Below are positions 60,101 through 64,000 of a stretch of DNA of 64,000 nucleotides, piece after piece. Origin of the DNA: Candidatus Poribacteria bacterium (lineage in GTDB: Bacteria; Poribacteria; WGA-4E; WGA-3G). The DNA is taken from contig OZ243938.1 in NCBI GenBank assembly GCA_965214095.1, positions 4,704,001 through 4,768,000 of the forward strand, in the 5' to 3' direction. The number at the start of each line of letters is the position of its first letter. The stretch's first letter is position 1. Under the pieces are notes generated by a model, which was given only the letters and a program-made list of their open reading frames with translations, made no database searches and was not told where the DNA came from. The position numbers and the translations under genes are program-made.

Positions 60101-62011
60101 TATTTTCCACCAAGTAAAACCGTTAACATCGCGTGGACCATCTGTGATGAGTCCGTAGTCACCATTTGTGACATCTCCTATATCTTGATAGGTTGTTCCT
60201 GCACCATCTCTTACATTGAGAACATTTCCTGATGCCAGTCCATTGACAATCACAGAGGCACCTACCCGTAGTCCCTTAGCACCTAGGTTGCTGATGGCAA
60301 TAGGTCTCCATATCGGATCAGTGTTTGTGGGACGCGAAATCACTGCATCTGTTTGTTGAACTAAAACAGGTATCGTCTGTATCGCGGTTAAACTTGTGTT
60401 TAAGGCACCTCGTGCAGTGACTATCACTGTCGCAGAACCTGGTGATATAGGTATGATTGTGACTCGTGAACCAGAAATAGATGCGCTTACGATGTTACTG
60501 GGATTTATTTCTACTTCATAGGTCAGCCTGTTTTGGGCTAAAAAGTGTTGGGCAACGTCAACAGTGACAGGAAAACCGCCGAGTGTCAATGACTGTATAG
60601 GAATTGCATCTTGTGGTAGCAAAAGAATATCTTCACCCTCATCAATAATAAGTATAAATGCTTCTTTATAAATGTGATCCTCTATATCAGGGGGACCGTA
60701 CCCTGTGACTGTATACTTGGGGGATGCAATCTCATTTTGAGTGTCTTCGTCATTTGCTGCATTGATTCTCACAGTTTGATGTATATACCAATTATCGGGT
60801 GTGAAAGTTAGCAACTCTGGAGAAAAAGTAATGTCTGGATTATCATCACTTAAAGCCAACACTGCTGTGGACTCTGGTGCAGATTTCAGAACAATAGTGT
60901 AAGTAATACTTTCACCTTCATTTATTGAGCGAGGAAAAGTTGTAGATACGCTAGGGTAACAGAATCCGTGCAATTTTAAATCAAAATCAGCATCTTTATA
61001 AATCAGTTCTATATTCCGATAGAGGGTTCCATATATAGAACCATCTAATCGAGTATTAAGACGTTCTAAAGCAATTTCATCGGTCGTAAAATCAATAAAA
61101 TTCCCAATAGAACTCAAGAAAGAGCCAATTCCTAATACATCCGAAGCTATATCCGAGGCATCAGGATTTTCACCTAAGACCTTACCAATTTCGGCAGCCC
61201 TTGCTGCGTATTCTTGGTAAACTTGAGCTAAGAGTTGAAGATGCAATGGATCAAACAATCCTGTTTCATCAGAATAATCAGCTAATCTACCTTCTAGTCT
61301 AATAGGAAAATCCAGAACTTCACCAGCATTGATTGCATCCCATAATCGTGGGGCGTGGTGATTTGCTAATTTCTGTAAATGTTGTGCAATTGTTGCGTAT
61401 CTGGAAGCTAATGAATAAGCATAAAGCACACGTCTGAGTTTTATCTCAATTTCGCCAAAACTCGTAACAAGGGAGACAGATTTTATAAGGAATGATGGCG
61501 CACCCGTTAGGATAGAAACAACATTTAAATTTTCAAGGGCAGTATCCGTTATCAATAGATCAACAACGGCATCAATAGACTGATCAGCTATTGTATTAAC
61601 GCCCAAGTTTCTTACAGATTGCTCCAAGTCTGCGGCGAGTTCTGATGTATCAAGAATTGGAACATGTCGCTCCGTTTTTGCTATAGCACGGGCTGCAGTA
61701 TATAGTTCCCAAGTTATATTATCTTGGGTTGATGGACATAATTTCACCTGACCTGTTTCATCGTATACAGAAAAGTCGTCTATAAAGTCTCCTTTATCGT
61801 ATGTCAAATTTCCTATTTCGTAATTATTCTTCGGATCTATATTGCGAAATCGAATTTGATAGACAACTCCATCACTTGCTCGAATTAGAGCGGTTTGTTG
61901 TGCTTCAACCGTTCCTGTCAAAACAAGTATTAACAAGAGCAGGTTTAGCACTCCAAAAACGTTTTTTGTTTTTGACTTCCAAACTTGTGATAGAACAGAA
62001 CAAACATGCAT
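54143..62011 (-). CDS. Giant modular surface protein/adhesin (SH3b, CARDB x4, cadherin-like Ig repeats, two LRR blocks, FlgD-Ig CTD)
   Basis: Signal peptide; LNVRDGAG...WWKI; PDL...N.G...NN units; about 8 FSDPDNDTLTY repeats; 22-aa LRRs; LLPNYPNPFNPETWIPYQL...RKMLIRK. Confidence 0.88.
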   Translation of the reverse strand: MHVCSVLSQVWKSKTKNVFGVLNLLLLILVLTGTVEAQQTALIRASDGVVYQIRFRNIDPKNNYEIGNLTYDKGDFIDDFSVYDETGQVKLCPSTQDNITWELYTAARAIAKTERHVPILDTSELAADLEQSVRNLGVNTIADQSIDAVVDLLITDTALENLNVVSILTGAPSFLIKSVSLVTSFGEIEIKLRRVLYAYSLASRYATIAQHLQKLANHHAPRLWDAINAGEVLDFPIRLEGRLADYSDETGLFDPLHLQLLAQVYQEYAARAAEIGKVLGENPDASDIASDVLGIGSFLSSIGNFIDFTTDEIALERLNTRLDGSIYGTLYRNIELIYKDADFDLKLHGFCYPSVSTTFPRSINEGESITYTIVLKSAPESTAVLALSDDNPDITFSPELLTFTPDNWYIHQTVRINAANDEDTQNEIASPKYTVTGYGPPDIEDHIYKEAFILIIDEGEDILLLPQDAIPIQSLTLGGFPVTVDVAQHFLAQNRLTYEVEINPSNIVSASISGSRVTIIPISPGSATVIVTARGALNTSLTAIQTIPVLVQQTDAVISRPTNTDPIWRPIAISNLGAKGLRVGASVIVNGLASGNVLNVRDGAGTTYQDIGDVTNGDYGLITDGPRDVNGFTWWKIDWNTEGLDGWSTEVVGGYQLLFRRPPDLEIRNLNVSDNEVAPGEKIELEIEIQNNGPGASAQTDVYIYYSENRHSDLEDLADDSDLRGGWRLSVPSISEGRTETLTYRVDVPTAIDSYYYGALLPSNIHASDNTDHLDEDAIRNNLAKEERVRVVGTPDYIVDSILLSGNRTTFAPGDSFTLRTTVRNIGFGEPSSSATLDYYRSSDARISTSDKWLDDETVSRLGANETSDESIRLIAPSKPGVYYYGACVSDVRNESNRDNNCSGAIAITVGNVITPVEVAVSPDLVVTLSSNSNWVDPNEYINLTANIHNQGKADTLNSTTVRYYLSSDTTVSSNDQLLATGSVRHLTQGDSDKEELGVRAPSQPGQYYYFACVDSVTGEDDTGNNCSNCILINVRGSDLVVESVSVDLLGQTTGINPKGEFTLNATLRNKGTDSAASTTARIYISADQTFSEYDDSEVQIADISSLNTSRSTTIQFSKIRTPFTSGKFYCFVYVDGLSNETNTDNNSSEPIQITINNVSPRRRGRIPTQTLNIGAPKSLGVSNYFIDDNHDTLTYQASSSDDNIAMVTVVESQVTLTPKKAGSTTITVTANDGTLTVTQTVSVFVIDPNQAPLAVGTISALTLTVGDAPEEIDVSSKFRDPDNDNLKYTTNSNNTIVATATMIEAKLTITPKSVGNATITVTATDGKLTATQTVSVSVIAANRAPTTVGTISAQALIGGGSSVSVNVSDKFSDPDNDTLTYSASSSNTSIATANVSDSQVTIIPVSAGNATISVAASDGKLFATQTISVSVVDPNRTPVAVGTISDRTLTVGDSAIQIDVSSNFSDPDNDTLTYSASSNDDNVATTSTSGSTVTITPVGTGSATITVTASDGELTTTQTISVTITAVAVANSAPFTVGAISSQTLTIGDSAIQIDVSSNFSDPDNDTLTYSASSNDDNVATTSTSGSTVTITPVGTGSATITVTASDGELTTTQTISVTITAVAVANSAPFTVGAISSQTLTIGDSAIQIDVASNFSDPDGDTLTYTATSNNTNVATATVSGSQITITPVAAGSATITVTASDNDLTATQTISVTVTAASVANRAPITVGAISSRTLTVGEPAIQIDVSSNFQDPDSDTLTYSANSDDDGVATASALGSQITITPIAAGNATITVTASDGSLTATQTVSVTVIAAQVGNRSPEAIGSISARTLTVRDAAIVINVFANFSDPDGDTLTYSANSNNDSVATATVSGSQITITPVGAGSATITVTASDGELTTTQTISVTVTAAPIPNRAPFTAGAISSQTLTVDESATTVNVSSNFSDPDNDTLTYTASSNNNNVATASASGAIVTITPVSVGSAIITVTASDGSLSATQTISVTVEAATPTITLVNERTQQVQDAIVATVDGIDSADDITATHLAAITALNLSGKSISSLKSSDFDGLTALTSLRLSENSLSDISVLSGLTSLTSLRLDDNSISDISVLSGLTALTTLYLDNNSISDISVLSGLTALTTLYLNGNSASDISAVSGLTTLTILDLGDNSISDISTISGLTSLTRLWLYDNSISDISVLSGLTSLTRLDLSNNSISDVSALEDLTSLRNLFLSGNSITDYGPLRRLVAAIEVDGGSLNLDIKIPPVTITPVNERTQQVQDAIVATVDGIDSADDITATHLAAITALNLSGKSISSLKSSDFDGLTALTSLRLSSNSISDISVLSGLTSLTELRLDENSISDISAVSGLTALTKLYLDYNSISDISVLSGLTALTELYLSGNSASDLSALSGLTALTVLDLGDNSISNISAVSGLTSLTRLWLYDNSISDISAVSGLTSLTRLDLSNNSISDVSALEDLTSLRNLFLSGNSITDYGPLRTLVAAIEADGARLILDIRIPTAAPAISNPTQTSLLPNYPNPFNPETWIPYQLSKPSDIILTFYNVQGVVVRDLALGHRAAGVYYTRTRAAHWDGKNNLGEKVSTGVYFVKFKAGNYTKTRKMLIRK
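57015..57640. repeat. Near-identical 288-bp intragenic tandem repeats
   Basis: 57015-57302 and 57303-57590 differ at only a few bases. Confidence 0.85.
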
Positions 62012-62171
62012 AGAGAGATCTCCTTGAGCTTAGCGGTTCTTTGCCGTCAAGACAGCGTAGCTTTAACTAATTGATGTAGACGGCATTATTGTTTCTGTAT
62101 TGCATTAGCAGTACTACATAGTGTTAAGCATTACTACAGTTACCTATGTTTAGTCCGATTGGATTAAGATT

Positions 62172-62200
62172 ATTATAATATATAGTCATATAACAGTCAA
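62172..62200 (-). promoter_or_regulatory. Sigma70 promoter TTGACT-N17-TATAAT (copy 3; block ~62159-62279)
   Basis: Same core and upstream TTGTAAAATG...ATATATTGAATG motif as copies 1 and 2. Confidence 0.8.
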
Positions 62201-62296
62201 TATAAATTAATATTATATTATTATGTTATTATAACCTGACATGACTTATATAGCATTGTAAAATGGGATATATTGAATGGAGGGTTTTCGCTTTAA

Positions 62297-62448
62297 TAAT
62301 ATACAATCTGAGGGGTCAATCGCAGAAAATTGAATCTACGGATGGTGATAGGGGTAGAATTGCGATGGTACATCAAACGCATCATGGAAAGAATCCGAAA
62401 GGGGCAGTTGCGGCGGAGATTATCATCAATTATTTAATCACTGAATAG
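62297..62448 (+). pseudogene. Internally deleted 3' remnant of the 49829-50653 lipoprotein gene
   Basis: Last 36 codons encode the same protein sequence (DGDRGRIAMVHQ...NYLITE); the deletion joins two GATGGTGAT repeats. Confidence 0.85.
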
Positions 62449-62514
62449 GATTAAGCGACTCTCAACCAAACGAACAATCTGTCCTAACAACTACGACCTT
62501 CATTCAATGCTATG

Positions 62515-63249
62515 CTAATTCTGTTTAGCCTCCAAACAATCCAAAACATCATATAGATTTGTAATCAGATAGTCTGGTTGTCCATCTGCTATATTTGTAA
62601 TTGATAGATTCGATTTTCGGTCAATCAAAATGCTCGTCATTCCTGCTCGGTTTGCACCAACGATGTCATTTTGTATAGAATCTCCCACGAGTGCTGCCTC
62701 TTTCAACGGGACATTCGCTTTTTTGCAAGCCACTGCAAAAATATCAAATTTTGGTTTCCTCACACCGATTTCATCAGAAATTGTCAATGACTGAATGCGG
62801 TCGCTAAGTCCCAAATGTCTTACTTTAGAAAGTTGACTGTCTTTGTGTTCATCGTACGCACCGTTTGTAATGATACCGACATGATATTCGTTGAGTTCCT
62901 CAAGCACAGTGACATCTTCGTATAGACACAGACTTGTGACATATTGGTTACTGAGAAAATCGTTGAGTTCCTCTGCCATTTTACCTGATGTCAGATTTAG
63001 TTCTTTGAATAAAGCAGTGAAACGATGATCTCTTACTTCTGCCATCGAACATTTCCCAGCATCAAGTTGCTGAAATAGTTTCAAATGAACTTTCGTCCAC
63101 GTCTTTGTTAGCACTTCTATAGATACCTTTGGTTCATGCGAACATAATAGTTGAAATGTTTCCTCAACCGCTGAGTTCCAAGCAGTATCGGAGTCACAGA
63201 GGGTGTTATCAAGGTCGAAGAAAACTGCATTAATCATATTTTCTTGCAT
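62515..63249 (-). CDS. HAD-superfamily hydrolase (subfamily IA)
   Basis: Motifs FFDLDNTL, ITNG, RKP and VGDSIQNDIVGA. Confidence 0.92.
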   Translation of the reverse strand: MQENMINAVFFDLDNTLCDSDTAWNSAVEETFQLLCSHEPKVSIEVLTKTWTKVHLKLFQQLDAGKCSMAEVRDHRFTALFKELNLTSGKMAEELNDFLSNQYVTSLCLYEDVTVLEELNEYHVGIITNGAYDEHKDSQLSKVRHLGLSDRIQSLTISDEIGVRKPKFDIFAVACKKANVPLKEAALVGDSIQNDIVGANRAGMTSILIDRKSNLSITNIADGQPDYLITNLYDVLDCLEAKQN

Positions 63250-63404
63250 AATAATTCGTAATGATTTGTCAAAATAATCGTTTAAGTACTAAGTTCGTTA
63301 CTATATGACATGTAGATGTTACAAGGCAAACCGTACTTTTCTCAAATAGTCTTTACTATTGTCTGAAAGGCAGATTGTAATTATCTACCTATTAATGTTT
63401 AAGT

Positions 63405-63518
63405 TAAACCATTTCTATTAATTTTTGTCTCATTACTGGTATTTAGAAATGAAACGAAGGACAGCACAAACTTGCAGTTTGTGCTACAAAAATGAGATAA
63501 TATATTAGGAATGGTAAT
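63405..63518. repeat. Family-2-type shell carrying a different REP hairpin
   Basis: ACCATTTCTATTA...TATTAGGAATGGT ends enclose GCACAAACTTGCAGTTTGTGCTAC. Confidence 0.6.
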
Positions 63519-63539
63519 ACTATTCAAGGAAAGGTATTA

Positions 63540-64000
63540 ATGCGAAAAAACCAAGGATTAGTTAATTTTGTCTTTATTATATGCATCTTTTCATTACTCA
63601 GTTGCAATAAAACACAGCAAATGGAGGTAGCGGTTTCAGAGCCCATTGAAATAGTGGTGGATGAATCTCCTGTTGATGTATTGATTTATGTAGGTAAAAC
63701 CTTGTGGATACGGCCTGAAAATGCGAAAATTGAAGCAGAAATAACGAGAAACTTATTGGAACCGAAAGGAATACAAGTCGACATTACCGGAAGTGAGGAC
63801 TCACTTAGACACTGGATGCTTCAAACAACAGCCAACAGTTCCGTGAATGTCTGTATCCTTTACGGCACTTTACCTCACAGCATTTATCCCTCTGGAAATG
63901 CTCAACCCAATGATTCAGTTCTTGAAAAATGGATTGAATCAACGGATGGTGATACGCTTTTGAATCAGGCAGATTATTTTGGCTATAACAGTTCTGAAGG
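63540..64000 (+). CDS. Lipoprotein paralog of 49829-50653; partial, runs off the window end
   Basis: Manual translation MRKNQGLVNFVFIICIFSLLSC...DVLIYVG...WIESTDGDTLLNQADYFGY. Confidence 0.85.
   Translation, partial: MRKNQGLVNFVFIICIFSLLSCNKTQQMEVAVSEPIEIVVDESPVDVLIYVGKTLWIRPENAKIEAEITRNLLEPKGIQVDITGSEDSLRHWMLQTTANSSVNVCILYGTLPHSIYPSGNAQPNDSVLEKWIESTDGDTLLNQADYFGYNSSE

Overview
About 64 kb of low-to-moderate GC bacterial DNA. The gene content suggests a Candidatus Poribacteria-like sponge symbiont (inference): WD40, YWTD, LRR, cadherin/CARDB and LamG exoproteins, FlgD-Ig C-termini, and a planctomycete-type DUF1501/DUF1549-DUF1553 cluster. About 35 CDS are present, mostly secreted or surface proteins plus some metabolic enzymes and an EF-G2-like factor. 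A 1,000-bp IS5 element interrupts an LRR gene. The main unexplained structures are: (1) a 523-bp element with IS200/IS605-type ends, no transposase, and an internal promoter facing a ~430-nt structured non-coding segment; (2) a shared C-terminal 'KLTTTWxxLK' tail on five exoproteins, near two paralogous Ca-loop putative outer-membrane barrels; (3) a sigma54 regulon with a shared paired enhancer motif; (4) one sigma70 promoter block reused in front of three surface-protein genes; (5) an 11.5-kb adhesin cassette between diverged direct repeats; (6) many GTAG-type REP families, several nested inside MITE-like shells. No rRNA, tRNA or CRISPR array was seen. All family names come from motif recognition by eye, not from database searches.
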